From NCBI GenBank assembly GCA_965221845.1, contig OZ244919.1, forward strand, positions 698,334 to 762,333: a stretch of DNA of 64,000 bases, written 5' to 3'. Below are positions 16,943 to 27,397 of the stretch, in pieces. The translations under genes were made by a program, and so were the position numbers. This stretch comes from Paracoccaceae bacterium. Lineage in GTDB: Bacteria; Pseudomonadota; Alphaproteobacteria; Rhodobacterales; Rhodobacteraceae. The notes under the pieces are model-generated. The model saw nothing but the letters and a program-made list of their open reading frames with translations. It was not told the origin of the DNA and did not search any database. Numbering within the stretch: position 1 is the first letter of the stretch; the number at the start of each line of letters is the position of its first letter.

Positions 16943-17441
16943 CTGCCGCCACCCTCACGCTGATCATTCTTTCCGGGTTCGAGGGAGGCTCTCCGCGAGG
17001 GAGCGCGTCCACCAGTTCCATGCCCGAGGTCACGCGCCCGTAGACCGTGTACTCGCCGTCGAGAAAATGGTTGTCGCGGAGATTTACGAAGAACTGGCTG
17101 TTGGCCGAGTCCGGGCTCTGGCTCCGCGCCGCGCCGAACGTGCCCCGATCATGTGGAATGCGGCTGAATTCGGCCGGCAGGTCGGGAAGGCTCGATCCGC
17201 CCGTTCCCGCCTTCCGAAGGTCCAGCCCGGCGCCGTGGCATCCATGCTCGACGTCGCCGGCCTGGGCCATGAAGCCCTCGATCACCCTGTGAAAGATCAC
17301 GCCGTCGTAGGCGCCCCGGCGCGCCAGCTCCTTCATGCGCCCGGAATGCGCCGGCGCGACGTCCGGCATCAGCCGGACAACGACCGTGCCGCGCTTCAAG
17401 GCGATCAGGATCGTGTTTTCGGGATCCTCGCAATCAGCCAA
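16935..17441 (-). CDS. ppiB: peptidyl-prolyl cis-trans isomerase, cyclophilin type, cytoplasmic
   Basis: ORF 16935..17573. The likely true start is TTG 17439-17441, preceded by [20 protein letters not shown] and [10 protein letters not shown] motifs. Confidence 0.85.
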   Translation of the reverse strand: MADCEDPENTILIALKRGTVVVRLMPDVAPAHSGRMKELARRGAYDGVIFHRVIEGFMAQAGDVEHGCHGAGLDLRKAGTGGSSLPDLPAEFSRIPHDRGTFGAARSQSPDSANSQFFVNLRDNHFLDGEYTVYGRVTSGMELVDALPRGEPPSNPERMISVRVAADA

Positions 17442-17844
17442 CGAGCCCTCCTTCCGCCCGGGAATCGCGCGGACACTAGCCCTCACGGGACGGAAGGGAA
17501 AGCCCGCGACGGACGGGGAAGGCGCCATCGGGCGGGAATGGCCCGCCGGCTGCCGCTTCGCGACGAGAGGCATCTGTCGAGCGGCGGCGGCCCGGGACAG
17601 GGACGGGCGCGCGGCAGGCCCGGCAATACCCGGACGAAGGCCCCTCCTCGCCGGCAGAGCGGCCCGGCATGATGCCCGTGAAACGCGGATTCCCGGATCG
17701 CCAGGCGCAGGAATTCCGGGCCTCGGGAGGGCCCGCGGCCTTCAGGGCGCAGGATGCAGCGGTTCCCCATGGCCGCGACAGGTCCGGTTGACCTCGCGGG
17801 ACGGGCGGTTACTCAGGGCGGCAGATGCATTCCGGAGACGCGTC

Positions 17845-19038
17845 ATGGCCTGGAGAACGCTGGATGACATGGACCTTGCCGGCAAGGTCGTCCTCACTCG
17901 CGTGGACCTGAACGTGCCCGTCGACAGCGGCATCGTGACCGACACGACCCGAATCGCCCGCATGGCTCCGACGGTTCATGACATCCTCGCCATGGGCGGC
18001 AGGCCGGTCCTGCTGTCACATTTTGCCAGGCCAGGGGGCAGGCGCGTGCCGGAAATGTCGCTGGAACCGATTCGCGATGACGTCGCACGGGCGCTGGGCG
18101 TGCCCGTGACGTTCGCGGAAGACTGCGTCGCGGGCGTCGCGGAGGCGGCGGTTGCGGGGCTGGCCGACGGCGAGGTCCTCATGCTGGAGAACACGCGCTT
18201 CCATCCGGGAGAGGAATCCAACGACCGGCTGTTCGCGGCCGCCGTTGCCTCGCTTGGCGACGCCTTCGTCAACGACGCCTTCTCGGCCTCCCACAGGGCC
18301 CATGCCTCGACCGAAGGCCTGGCCCGGCTCCTGCCATCCGCGGCCGGCCGGCTCATGGAAGCGGAGATCAACGCGCTGGAATCCGCCCTGATCCAGCCCG
18401 ATCGTCCGCTGGTTGCGGTCGTGGGAGGCGCGAAGGTCTCGACGAAGCTTGAACTGCTCGAGAACCTCGTCCGCAAGGTGAACACCGTCGTGGTCGGCGG
18501 CGGCATGGCCAACACGTTTCTCGCGGCAGGGGGCGCCGAAGTCGGCGGGTCCCTGGCCGAGCGCGAAATGGCCGCCACCGCGCGCGGGATCATGGCCAGG
18601 GCCGAGGAAGCCGCCTGCGAAATCGTCCTGCCGACGGACGTGGTCTGCGCCCCCGGGCTCGCTGCAGGCTCGGAAGCCGTCACCGTCGCCGCCGACGCCT
18701 GCCCGCCGGGATTCATGATCCTTGACGTCGGGCCGCGAACGGTCGCACAGGCCGGCGACGCGTTCGCGTCGGCAAGGACGGTCATCTGGAACGGACCGCT
18801 CGGCGCCTTCGAGACGGACCCGTTCGACGCAGCCACGGTCGCCGCCGCCCGCAAGGTCGCCGAGCTGACGCGGTCAGGCAGGCTGAGATCGGTGGCCGGT
18901 GGCGGCGACACGGTCGCGGCGCTGAACAGGGCCGGGGTCGCGGGCGACTTCTCCTACGTCTCGACCGCGGGCGGCGCGTTCCTGGAATGGATGGAAGGCA
19001 AGACGCTTCCGGCAGTGGCCGCCCTTGAGCAGGGCTGA
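17845..19038 (+). CDS. pgk: phosphoglycerate kinase
   Basis: Internal ATG of ORF 17335..19038. [26 protein letters not shown], 397 aa, typical Pgk N-terminus and length. Confidence 0.95.
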   Translation: MAWRTLDDMDLAGKVVLTRVDLNVPVDSGIVTDTTRIARMAPTVHDILAMGGRPVLLSHFARPGGRRVPEMSLEPIRDDVARALGVPVTFAEDCVAGVAEAAVAGLADGEVLMLENTRFHPGEESNDRLFAAAVASLGDAFVNDAFSASHRAHASTEGLARLLPSAAGRLMEAEINALESALIQPDRPLVAVVGGAKVSTKLELLENLVRKVNTVVVGGGMANTFLAAGGAEVGGSLAEREMAATARGIMARAEEAACEIVLPTDVVCAPGLAAGSEAVTVAADACPPGFMILDVGPRTVAQAGDAFASARTVIWNGPLGAFETDPFDAATVAAARKVAELTRSGRLRSVAGGGDTVAALNRAGVAGDFSYVSTAGGAFLEWMEGKTLPAVAALEQG

Positions 19039-19122
19039 CGCGGGCCGCTTCCGGCGCGCGCCATTGACTCGCCGGGAGACGGCTCTAAGACATGCGAATG
19101 TCACGGGAACGGGAGGCGTTCG

Positions 19123-20007
19123 ATGCCTGAGACGACTCAGTCCGAGCAGATGCGGACCGGCAAGGGCTTCGTTGCCGCGCTTGACCAGTCCGGCGGATCG
19201 ACGCCCGGGGCGCTTCGCCTCTACGGGATCGGAGACGACCGGTACGATTCCGAAGGGGAAATGTTCGACCTGATCCACGAGATGCGGTCACGCATCGTGC
19301 GCGCACCGGCGTTTTCGGGCGACAAGGTCATCGGCGCGATACTGTTCGAGCAAACGATGGAGCGGGACTTCGACGGCATGCCCGCCCCCGCCTGCCTCTG
19401 GGAACGAAGGGGCGTCGTGCCCTTCCTCAAGTGTGACAAGGGCCTTCAGGACGAAGCGGACGGCGTTCAGCTCATGAAGGACATGGGCGACCTCGACGGA
19501 CTTCTCGCGCGCGCCGGGGCGAAGGGCGTCTTCGGCACGAAGATGCGCTCCGTGATCAACGCCGCAAGTCCCGACGGGATCGCGGGCGCCGCGGCGCAGC
19601 AGTTCGAGATCGCGCGCCGGATTCTCGGCCACGGGCTTGTCCCGATCATCGAGCCGGAAGTGAACATCACGATCGATGACAAGGCCGCCGCCGAGGAAAT
19701 CCTGCGCGACGAGATCATGAAGGGCCTTGACGCCCTGGACCAGGAGGTCATGCTCAAGCTGTCGCTGCCCAGCGAGAGCGACTTCTACGCCCCCTGCATC
19801 GCGCATCCGAACTGCATGCGCGTGGTCGCGCTGTCGGGCGGCCATTCCAGGGACGAAGCCAACCGACGCCTGGCGGAAAATCCGGGGATGATCGCGAGCT
19901 TCAGCCGCGCATTGACGGAAGGGCTGTCCGATTCACAGTCGGACGACGAATTCAACGCCGTGCTGGCAGAGACGATCGCGTCCATCTACGAGGCCTCGAT
20001 TTCCTGA
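19123..20007 (+). CDS. fba: class I fructose-bisphosphate aldolase
   Basis: 294 aa. GKGFVAALDQSGGSTPGALRLYGI is the typical bacterial class I FBA N-terminus. It lies adjacent to pgk. Confidence 0.9.
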   Translation: MPETTQSEQMRTGKGFVAALDQSGGSTPGALRLYGIGDDRYDSEGEMFDLIHEMRSRIVRAPAFSGDKVIGAILFEQTMERDFDGMPAPACLWERRGVVPFLKCDKGLQDEADGVQLMKDMGDLDGLLARAGAKGVFGTKMRSVINAASPDGIAGAAAQQFEIARRILGHGLVPIIEPEVNITIDDKAAAEEILRDEIMKGLDALDQEVMLKLSLPSESDFYAPCIAHPNCMRVVALSGGHSRDEANRRLAENPGMIASFSRALTEGLSDSQSDDEFNAVLAETIASIYEASIS

Positions 20008-20656
20008 GCCACGGGGCGCGCGGCGAGGGATAGCGCCGGCCCCGCGTCGGGAAGGCCCAGCCGGGGCGGGAGGAAACGGCCGGCGGCCTGCCGAGCGCAA
20101 GGGGGGGGCGTCGTCAATCCGCGCGAAGGCCCTTCGATTCCCTTCGTGCGCGGTCTCCGCCGCGATGACGTCCCCCGGGAACGACGGGAGTCATGGAGCT
20201 TGACCCTCCCCGGGGAGCGAACGGTCCCGAAGGGTGCTGAAGCATGACAGGCGCGCTGCCGGGATCGCGTCGAGGCGCGAGTCGGAAGCGCGCCCTGCAG
20301 CGAACGGGCAGAGACCCCCTCGGCTCGCCCACCTTACGGAGCGCGCCGCCCTGCCGCGCGGCGGACGTGCCGAACTTCCGGGCGAGAGCGTCCACCGCCT
20401 GCCGAGGCCGTCTGCCCGGCGAAGGCTGGCGCGACAGCCCCGGCGACGCAGGAGCCGGGAACCCGGCAAGGCGCCGCCAGGCCGAGATCCGGAGGGCAAG
20501 GAAATCCTGCTGCGGCGATCTTCGAAATCCGGGGCTTGTGGTGTACTTCACCCCTGTGCCGGCAGCCCGAGTCGCGCCGGCGAACGGGCATCCGCCCGGC
20601 CGGGAAGAGCCGGTCCCGCGGCCTTGCAGCGAGTCAGGAAGACAGGGAGAGCGCCC

Positions 20657-21265
20657 ATGAACGACAAGGCGACCCGCCATCGCGAAAAGATGAAGAGGAT
20701 AAAGGCGGCGCGCGACCGGATGATGGAAACGAAGACCGAGGAAAGGGGCCTGGTCATCGTCCACACGGGGCCTGGCAAGGGCAAGTCTTCCTCCGCTTTC
20801 GGCATGCTCGTCCGCTGCATTGCGCATGGCATGCCCGCTGCCGTGGTCCAGTTCGTCAAGGGCGCCTGGGGCACGGGAGAGCGGAGCTTCTTCACCGAGC
20901 ACTTCGCCGACAAGGTGACCTGGGTGGCCAGCGGGGAGGGCTTCACCTGGGAAACCCAGGACCGCGAGCGCGACATCGCCGCGGCGCAGGCGGGCTGGGC
21001 AAGGGCCAAGGCCCTGATCCGCGACCCGGAGATTCGCTTCGTGCTTCTGGACGAGATCAACATCGCGCTCCGTTACGGGCATCTCGACATCGACGAAGTC
21101 GTTGAATTCCTGCTCTCCGAAAGGCCGGAGATGACCCATGTCGTGCTCACTGGCCGCAACGCCCACGCCAAGCTCGTCGACCGCGCCGATCTCGTGACCA
21201 GCATGGAGCTCGTCAAGCACCCGTTCCGGGACGGCGTCAAGGCCCAGAAAGGCGTCGAGTTTTGA
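20657..21265 (+). CDS. cobO: cob(I)yrinic acid a,c-diamide adenosyltransferase
   Basis: Internal ATG of ORF 20234..21265. [16 protein letters not shown]-loop, 202 aa. Confidence 0.9.
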   Translation: MNDKATRHREKMKRIKAARDRMMETKTEERGLVIVHTGPGKGKSSSAFGMLVRCIAHGMPAAVVQFVKGAWGTGERSFFTEHFADKVTWVASGEGFTWETQDRERDIAAAQAGWARAKALIRDPEIRFVLLDEINIALRYGHLDIDEVVEFLLSERPEMTHVVLTGRNAHAKLVDRADLVTSMELVKHPFRDGVKAQKGVEF

Positions 21266-21389
21266 CCTTGCGGCATTGCACGGCGCGGCGACCGAACGCG
21301 AATCCGGCCCGCACGCGCCGCCGCGCGCCGCCGATCCGGCCGATGACCGACGCCATGCGCCGCAGGCCGTCGTCGCGGCCTCTCGGAAC

Positions 21390-22835
21390 ATGACCGCAGC
21401 CCTCATGCTGCAAGGCACCGGCTCCAATGTCGGAAAGTCCGTCCTCGTCGCGGGCCTGGCGCGCGCCGCACGGAACAGGGGCGTCTCCGTCGCGCCCTTC
21501 AAGCCGCAGAACATGTCGAACAATGCCGCGGTCACCGCAGATGGCGGCGAGATCGGCCGCGCCCAGGCGCTTCAGGCCCTCGCGGCCGGCCTGCAGCCTC
21601 ACACCGACATGAATCCCGTCCTGCTGAAGCCGGAATCCGGAACCGGCGCACAGGTCGTCGTCCAGGGAAGGCGGCACGCGACCGTCAGGGCCCGGGACTA
21701 CGGAGCGCTGAAGGCGGACCTCATGGCGCCGGTTCTCGAGAGCTACCGGAGGCTCCGGGCGGCGCACGATCTCGTCCTTGCCGAGGGCGCGGGATCTCCC
21801 GCGGAGGTGAACCTGCGCGAGAGGGACATCGCCAACATGGGCTTCGCGCAATCGGCCGATGTCCCGGTCGTTCTCGTCGGCGACATCGACCGCGGCGGGG
21901 TCATCGCGCAGCTTGTCGGCACGCGGTGCGTGCTTGATCCCGGCGACGCGGAACGGATCGAGGGCTTCGTCGTCAACAAGTTCAGGGGCGATCCGGCCCT
22001 CTTTGCGGACGGCTGCAGGATTGCGGAGGACCGGACCGGCTGGACCGGCTTCGGCATCCTGCCCTGGTTCCGGAACGCCTGGCGGCTGCCCGCCGAGGAC
22101 GCGCTCGACATCCAGGGCACCGAAGGGGGCGGATTCCACGTCGTCTGCCTGCGATTCGAGCGAATCGCGAATTTCGACGATCTGGACCCGCTCGCGCAGG
22201 AAGCGTCTGTGCGGATCACCATGCTGGGGCCGGGCCGGGCCATCCCCGGCGACGCCGATCTCGTGATCCTGCCCGGCAGCAAGTCCACACGCGACGATCT
22301 CGCGTTCCTCAGGGAGCAGGGCTGGGACATCGACCTCCGCGCGCATTCGCGGCGGGGCGGCCGGATCCTCGGGATCTGCGGCGGCTACCAGATGCTGGGC
22401 CGGACCATCGCCGACCCTGACGGGATCGAGGGCCGGCCAGGCTCGACCCGGGGCCTCGGCCTGCTGGATGTCGCGACCGAAATGACGGCGCAGAAGCGTC
22501 TCGCCGAGACGTCCGCGCGGCATGTGGCGACGGACGCGCCCTTCCTGGGCTACGAGATCCACAAGGGCCGCACCGTCGGCCCCGACACCGCCCGCCCGTT
22601 TGCCGTCGCTTCGGGCGGCCCCGAAGGCGCCACAAGCCCGGACGGAAGGGTGTCCGGGAGCTATCTCCACGGCATGTTCCGCGACGACGGCTTCCGCGCC
22701 GCCTTCCTCCGGAGTCTCGGGCAGGAACCATCGGGCCTCTCCCATGCAGCCACGGTGGACGGCACGCTCGACGATCTCGCCCGGCACATGGAGGCGCATC
22801 TCGACCTGGACGCCATTCTGGCGCTCGCCAGATAG
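21390..22835 (+). CDS. cobQ: cobyric acid synthase
   Basis: Internal ATG of ORF 21276..22835. [29 protein letters not shown] and a C-terminal glutamine-amidotransferase-like ICGGYQMLG. Confidence 0.9.
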   Translation: MTAALMLQGTGSNVGKSVLVAGLARAARNRGVSVAPFKPQNMSNNAAVTADGGEIGRAQALQALAAGLQPHTDMNPVLLKPESGTGAQVVVQGRRHATVRARDYGALKADLMAPVLESYRRLRAAHDLVLAEGAGSPAEVNLRERDIANMGFAQSADVPVVLVGDIDRGGVIAQLVGTRCVLDPGDAERIEGFVVNKFRGDPALFADGCRIAEDRTGWTGFGILPWFRNAWRLPAEDALDIQGTEGGGFHVVCLRFERIANFDDLDPLAQEASVRITMLGPGRAIPGDADLVILPGSKSTRDDLAFLREQGWDIDLRAHSRRGGRILGICGGYQMLGRTIADPDGIEGRPGSTRGLGLLDVATEMTAQKRLAETSARHVATDAPFLGYEIHKGRTVGPDTARPFAVASGGPEGATSPDGRVSGSYLHGMFRDDGFRAAFLRSLGQEPSGLSHAATVDGTLDDLARHMEAHLDLDAILALAR

Positions 22836-23091
22836 GCTCTTCGCGCGCGCGGCGCGGCCATGCCTCCCGGAACGGCGAACGCCCTCGTCCCCCCGGACGT
22901 GCCCGAACGGGCAATGACCGGCCGTTCGCCCAACACCGGGGCCATGCGGATCCCGCCGGGCCCGCGGCGGACGCCCTGCCCGACCTGGGCGCGCAAGGTC
23001 CGGCCGGTTGTCGTCGACGTTCGGCGAACGCGCGCCGCCGGCTTCGCCGCGCAGCCCACCCCGCGCGCATGCGGTCAGGCGCCCGTCCTGA

Positions 23092-24049
23092 GAGCTTGAC
23101 CTAAAATGTGGATGGCCTCCCCCAGATGTGGTATTTCCCTGTCAGAGGCAAACCAGACAAGGAGGACACAATGGCCTGGGATGAGACCACCCGCGAAGAG
23201 TATAACCGCAAGTCGGAGCGATATGAAACCGACCTGACCGACGAGGAATGGCTTCTGGTCGAGCCGCTGCTTCCGGCCCCGGCGAAGCTTGGCCGCCGCC
23301 GGACGAACGACCTGCGCGAGACGTTCAATGCGATCCAGTACATGCTGGCCACGGGATGCCAGTGGCGGGCGATTCCCAAGTGCTTTCCGCCCTTTACGAC
23401 GGTACAGAACCACTTCTACGCGTGGCGCGACAACGGCGTCCTGGAACGGATGCTGGACGTGCTGCGCACGCTGGGCCGTGCGCAGGCGGGGCGCGAGGCG
23501 CAGCCGACGGCGGCCGCGATCGACAGCCAGTCGGTGAAGACGACGGAGGCGGGCGGGCCGGCGGGATACGACGCGGGCAAGAAGGTCAAGGGGCGCAAGC
23601 GGCACCTGACGGTGGACGTCGAGGGGTTCCCGATCGCGCTCCGGGTGCACGAGGCGGACGTGCAGGACCGGGACGGGGCGCCGGCCGTCATCCTGGCGAT
23701 GCTGGAGAAGGCGCCGCAGGTGACGAAGCTGTGGGCGGACGGCGGCTACGCGGGTCCGAAGCTCGAGGCCGCGCTGGCGGAGCACGGCCTGGGGTCGATC
23801 GTCGAGATCGTCCAGCGGCCCAGGGAAACAAGGGGCTTCACGGTCCTGTACCGCCGCTGGGTGGTGGAGCGGACGTTTGCGTGGATGTCGCGGTGCCGGC
23901 GTCTGGCGAAGGACTTCGAGCGGACGCTGGAGAGTTCGCTGGCCTGGGCGCAGCTCGCGGCGTGCCGGTTCCTGATGCGGCGGGTGGCGCGGGGCCAAGC
24001 GGCTGGAATCTCTTAACATATTGATATTATTGAATTATGATTCAAGCTC
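23092..24049 (+). mobile_element. IS5-family (IS1031-group-like) element, copy 2, apparently intact
   Basis: Same termini as copy 1. The flanking trinucleotides are TGA (23089-23091) and TCA (24050-24052), so they are not identical. Confidence 0.9.
23171..24016 (+). CDS. IS5-family DDE transposase (281 aa, uninterrupted)
   Basis: MAWDETTREEYNRKSERYETDLTDEEW...IDSQSVKTTEAGG...DVEGFPIALRVHEADVQDRDGA...LWADGGYAG...RRWVVERTFAWM. Confidence 0.9.
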   Translation: MAWDETTREEYNRKSERYETDLTDEEWLLVEPLLPAPAKLGRRRTNDLRETFNAIQYMLATGCQWRAIPKCFPPFTTVQNHFYAWRDNGVLERMLDVLRTLGRAQAGREAQPTAAAIDSQSVKTTEAGGPAGYDAGKKVKGRKRHLTVDVEGFPIALRVHEADVQDRDGAPAVILAMLEKAPQVTKLWADGGYAGPKLEAALAEHGLGSIVEIVQRPRETRGFTVLYRRWVVERTFAWMSRCRRLAKDFERTLESSLAWAQLAACRFLMRRVARGQAAGIS

Positions 24050-25006
24050 TCAGAGGAGCGCCGCCTCGACGCGCGGCCAGTGGTCCGGGCCGGGAACTCC
24101 CAGCCTCAGCCAGTCTTTCGCGTAGGGAAACGTCCTGCTCCAAACCCGTTTCGAGGCGAGCTTCGCCTTCGCGTCCTCGGCATCTTGCACCCGGTACAGC
24201 CGGAACAGCCCGCTTCCGCCGACGACCTCCCAGCCTCCCGTTCTGGCAAGGCCGTCAAGCCTTGCCGAATCCCTGGCAAGCCTCGCCGCCGCCGCCCTGC
24301 GCCATGCCGCGTCCGCAAGCGCTGCCTGCCCGACACGGACCGCGACCCCGGACACAGGCCAGGGGCCTGCCAGTTCGGCCAGAGCCGAAAGCCGGGCCTC
24401 GTGGCCGAGAACGAATCCCAGGCGGAGGCCGGCAAGCCCGTAGAACTTGCCGAAGGACCGCAGCACCAGCGCGTTTTCCGGCATTGCCCGCGCCAGGGAC
24501 ATGTCCGGGCGCGCGTCGGCGAAGCTCTCGTCGACGACGAGAAGCCCGACCCGCGTCGCGATGGCCCGCAACTGGCCTGGCGCCAGGATTCGCCCGTCCG
24601 GATTGTTCGGATTGACCACGACGGCAGCGTCCGCTCCCGCGAGCGCCGTCGGGCGCTCAACGGTCTCGACCGTCCACCCGCTTCGCGCGAAGCTCGCTTC
24701 ATGCTCGCTGTAGGTCGGGCCGAGCACGCGGGCCAGTCCGGGCCTGCCGGGCACCGGGATCACCTGGATCGCGGCCTGCGCGCCGGCGACCGGCAGCGCC
24801 CCTGCGGTGCAGCCGTAGGCCGCGCGCGCCGCTTCGGACAGCATTTCCAGGTCGGAACGCATCGGCAGGCCGGTCCAGTCCCGCTCATCGAAGCCCGGCA
24901 GCGGATAGGGGCACGGGTTGACGCCGGTGGAGAGGTCGATCCATTCGTCCGGCCCCCCGCCCCACCTGGCCATGGCCGTGTCGAGATCGCCCCCGTGATC
25001 GTGCAT
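24050..25006 (-). CDS. cobD: L-threonine-O-3-phosphate decarboxylase (CobD in Salmonella naming, CobC in P. denitrificans naming)
   Basis: 318 aa. HGGDLDTA...WIDLSTGVNPCPYP, VVVNPNNPDG and SFGKFYGLAGLRLG aminotransferase class I/II features. Confidence 0.85.
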   Translation of the reverse strand: MHDHGGDLDTAMARWGGGPDEWIDLSTGVNPCPYPLPGFDERDWTGLPMRSDLEMLSEAARAAYGCTAGALPVAGAQAAIQVIPVPGRPGLARVLGPTYSEHEASFARSGWTVETVERPTALAGADAAVVVNPNNPDGRILAPGQLRAIATRVGLLVVDESFADARPDMSLARAMPENALVLRSFGKFYGLAGLRLGFVLGHEARLSALAELAGPWPVSGVAVRVGQAALADAAWRRAAAARLARDSARLDGLARTGGWEVVGGSGLFRLYRVQDAEDAKAKLASKRVWSRTFPYAKDWLRLGVPGPDHWPRVEAALL

Positions 25007-25015
25007 GGACGCGCC

Positions 25016-25960
25016 CTACAGCACCGCAGCCAGGACAAGAAGCCCGGCCGTCAGGATCATCGCCCGGCGGCAGAGGCGAAGACCGGCCTCGATGTCGACG
25101 GGTCCCGGATCGCCGCCGCAGGGATTCAGGAAGGGGTCGCCGCTCGGGCCTGCATGGCCCGCATAGGTCCGCGGCCCAGAAAGCCGCACGCGAAGCGCGC
25201 CCGCCATGGCGGCCTCCGGCCATCCCGCGTTCGGCGAACGGTGACGGCGGGCGTCCCGGCGCACGATCCGCAGGACCCGGCGCGGCGCGCCTGACACGCA
25301 GGCAAGCAGCGCCGCGGTCAGCCGCGCCGGAACGAGATTGGCAAGGTCGTCGATCCGCGCGGAAGCCCATCCGAATGCCTCGTGCCGGGCCGTCCGGTAC
25401 CCGACCATGGAGTCGAGCGTGTTGGCCGCCTTGTAGGCCGCGATGCCCGGCAGCCCGAGCAAGGCCCCCCAGAGCAGCGGGGCGACGACCCCGTCGGAGG
25501 CGTTCTCGGCGAGGCTTTCCAGTGCGGCACGCGCCATGGCGGGCGGGTCCAGCGCCTCAGGGTCCCGGCCGACGATCCTGGAGACGGCCTGCCGCGCCCG
25601 GCAGGCGTCTCCCTCGGCGAGCGGCTCCATGACCGCGCGCACGTGGTCGTCGAGCGACCGCGCGGCCAGGAGCGGCCATGCCAGCACGCCGGCGAACACC
25701 GTGCCCGGCAACCCGCCCGGCGACGCCAGGGTGACGCACCACGCGGCGCCGCCCGCGACGGCAATCACGGCGAGCGCCGCCAGGATGCCGTTCCGCCTGC
25801 GCACGGCGTCCGCCAGCTCGCTCCGGTTGAAGCGGCGGTCCGCCGCGGCGACCAGCCGCCCGATCCAGCCCACGGGATGCCCGATCCTGCGGTGCAGCCA
25901 GTCCGGCCAGCCGATCGCGACGTCCAGCGCGAGCGCCACGAGCATCGCGTCGGCGTTCAT
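25016..25960 (-). CDS. cbiB: adenosylcobinamide-phosphate synthase
   Basis: Internal ATG (25958-25960) of ORF 25016..26734. HPVGWIGRL, AENASDGVVAPLLW, NTLDSMVGY. ATGA overlap with the upstream gene. Confidence 0.9.
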   Translation of the reverse strand: MNADAMLVALALDVAIGWPDWLHRRIGHPVGWIGRLVAAADRRFNRSELADAVRRRNGILAALAVIAVAGGAAWCVTLASPGGLPGTVFAGVLAWPLLAARSLDDHVRAVMEPLAEGDACRARQAVSRIVGRDPEALDPPAMARAALESLAENASDGVVAPLLWGALLGLPGIAAYKAANTLDSMVGYRTARHEAFGWASARIDDLANLVPARLTAALLACVSGAPRRVLRIVRRDARRHRSPNAGWPEAAMAGALRVRLSGPRTYAGHAGPSGDPFLNPCGGDPGPVDIEAGLRLCRRAMILTAGLLVLAAVL

Positions 25961-26772
25961 CCGGCGGCGCCGGCAAGGAAGCGGAGCACGTCGGCGTAGC
26001 CCTCGGCGCGCAGCCTGTCCTCCGTCCCCGCGGGCACGCGGCCGGGCGCGAACAGCAGGCCCCTGGCGGAGCCCGTGTGCGCCCGGCACCATCCGAGCGC
26101 TCCCAGGTCCCGTGCCAGTGCCGCCGTCCTGTCCTCCGCCGGGCCCCTGAGGGCGGTTGTCCGCTCGGCGGACATCGTGGCGATGCGGGCGATGCCGGCC
26201 CTGTCCCCCGCGCCCGCAGCCGCGATCCAGTCGGCGACGAGATCCGATATGTCGGCGAAGCGGGAGTCCCCGGGCGCCGTCCGGACCGGCGGCCCCGGAA
26301 ACCCGCCGACCACCGCGAACGCGGGCGGCTGCGGCATCGAGCGCAGCGTCCGCGCCTCCCGCGACGCCCAGAGAAGCGTCTCGGGGCGGTCCATCATCAG
26401 GGGATCCACGGCGCCCTCGGCCGTGCGGCACGCCCGCGCCAGGGCCGTCCGCGAGGCGCCGGTCCCGATCGCCCCTGCAAGCGCCAGGAGCGTGGCCGTC
26501 GACATCCCTGCGCCGGCGCCGGGCGTCGCGTCGACGGCCACCTCGATGTCCGCGGCCGGGCGCTCGGCGCCCAGGGCGTGCAGGAACCTGTCGACCACCG
26601 ACGGCGGCGGCAGCGCCCGGCAGCCCGGGCGCCTTCCGCCGGGACGCGCCAGGGAGACGGTCGCGCCGAGCGTCCCGCACGGCAGGGTCACGAGCACGAC
26701 GGGACCTTCCGGCCCGAGCCGGCCCTGGAGCCACTCCCCGAAATGCCCCGTGACGCGATGCGCCGCGCTCAC
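25957..26772 (-). CDS. GHMP-kinase-like protein, candidate L-threonine kinase (BluE-like)
   Basis: GTG start 26770-26772 in a GTGA overlap with the upstream phosphatase gene. HFGEWLQG and the GHMP motif-II-like DATPGAGAGMSTATLLALAG. It sits between cobC-like and cbiB. Confidence 0.6.
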   Translation of the reverse strand: MSAAHRVTGHFGEWLQGRLGPEGPVVLVTLPCGTLGATVSLARPGGRRPGCRALPPPSVVDRFLHALGAERPAADIEVAVDATPGAGAGMSTATLLALAGAIGTGASRTALARACRTAEGAVDPLMMDRPETLLWASREARTLRSMPQPPAFAVVGGFPGPPVRTAPGDSRFADISDLVADWIAAAGAGDRAGIARIATMSAERTTALRGPAEDRTAALARDLGALGWCRAHTGSARGLLFAPGRVPAGTEDRLRAEGYADVLRFLAGAAG

Positions 26773-27347
26773 GCCGGCCTCCAGTTCACCCCTGCCACCG
26801 AAGGCGGCGCGCCCCGCGCGCAGCGGAGGCGCGTGATCGAGAGGGTGCGGATCTCGAAGGCAAGCCCGGCGGCGGTCTCGCCGAGCGCCATCGACAGCGC
26901 GGCGCGCACCACGCCTGCATGCGTCACCGCGAAGACCGGCCCCGATCCGGTCATTTCGGCAAGGTCGCGCAGGGCGGGGCGGGCCCGCGCGCAGAGGTCG
27001 CCGAAGCTCTCGCCGCCTTCCGGGCGCAGGCCGGCGGTTTCCTCGCGCGAAAGGTCCCCCAGGTCGGGAACGTCCCCATGCGCCCGCCCCTCCCACGCCC
27101 CGAAGTCCTGCTCGAGCAGCCGCCCGTCCTGCCGCAGGCGCGCCCCGGGCCAAAGGCGCGACGCGGTCAGGCGGCAGCGCAGCGACGGGCTGGTCCAGAT
27201 CTCGCCGGCCGGAGGCAGCGACTGCGCAAGCCTGTCCATGGCGCCGGCCGCGGCATCCGCCAGCCCCACCTCCGTGCGGCCGCACAGGCGCCCCCCGGTG
27301 TCGGCTTCGGCGTGGCGGATCAGCACGAGGTCTGTGGAGGAGAACAC
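26769..27347 (-). CDS. cobC: histidine-phosphatase-family protein, probable alpha-ribazole phosphatase
   Basis: LVLIRHAEAD (RHG-type motif), FAVTHAGVVRA, 192 aa, within the cobalamin cluster. Confidence 0.75.
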   Translation of the reverse strand: MFSSTDLVLIRHAEADTGGRLCGRTEVGLADAAAGAMDRLAQSLPPAGEIWTSPSLRCRLTASRLWPGARLRQDGRLLEQDFGAWEGRAHGDVPDLGDLSREETAGLRPEGGESFGDLCARARPALRDLAEMTGSGPVFAVTHAGVVRAALSMALGETAAGLAFEIRTLSITRLRCARGAPPSVAGVNWRPA

Positions 27348-27397
27348 GCCGGCCGCTCGCTTTTCTTCACAACGGATTTCTGCAATGTCACGCGGCC

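Noticed and set aside
20114-22799. 473-aa and 520-aa minus-strand ORFs across the cobO leader, cobO and cobQ
   Set aside because: They are antisense to well-supported cob genes and have shadow-ORF composition.
27348-27397. A riboswitch or complex regulatory region in the divergent promoter between the two cob operons
   Set aside because: The intergenic space is only 50 bp, too short for a cobalamin riboswitch. No B12-box-like sequence was seen.
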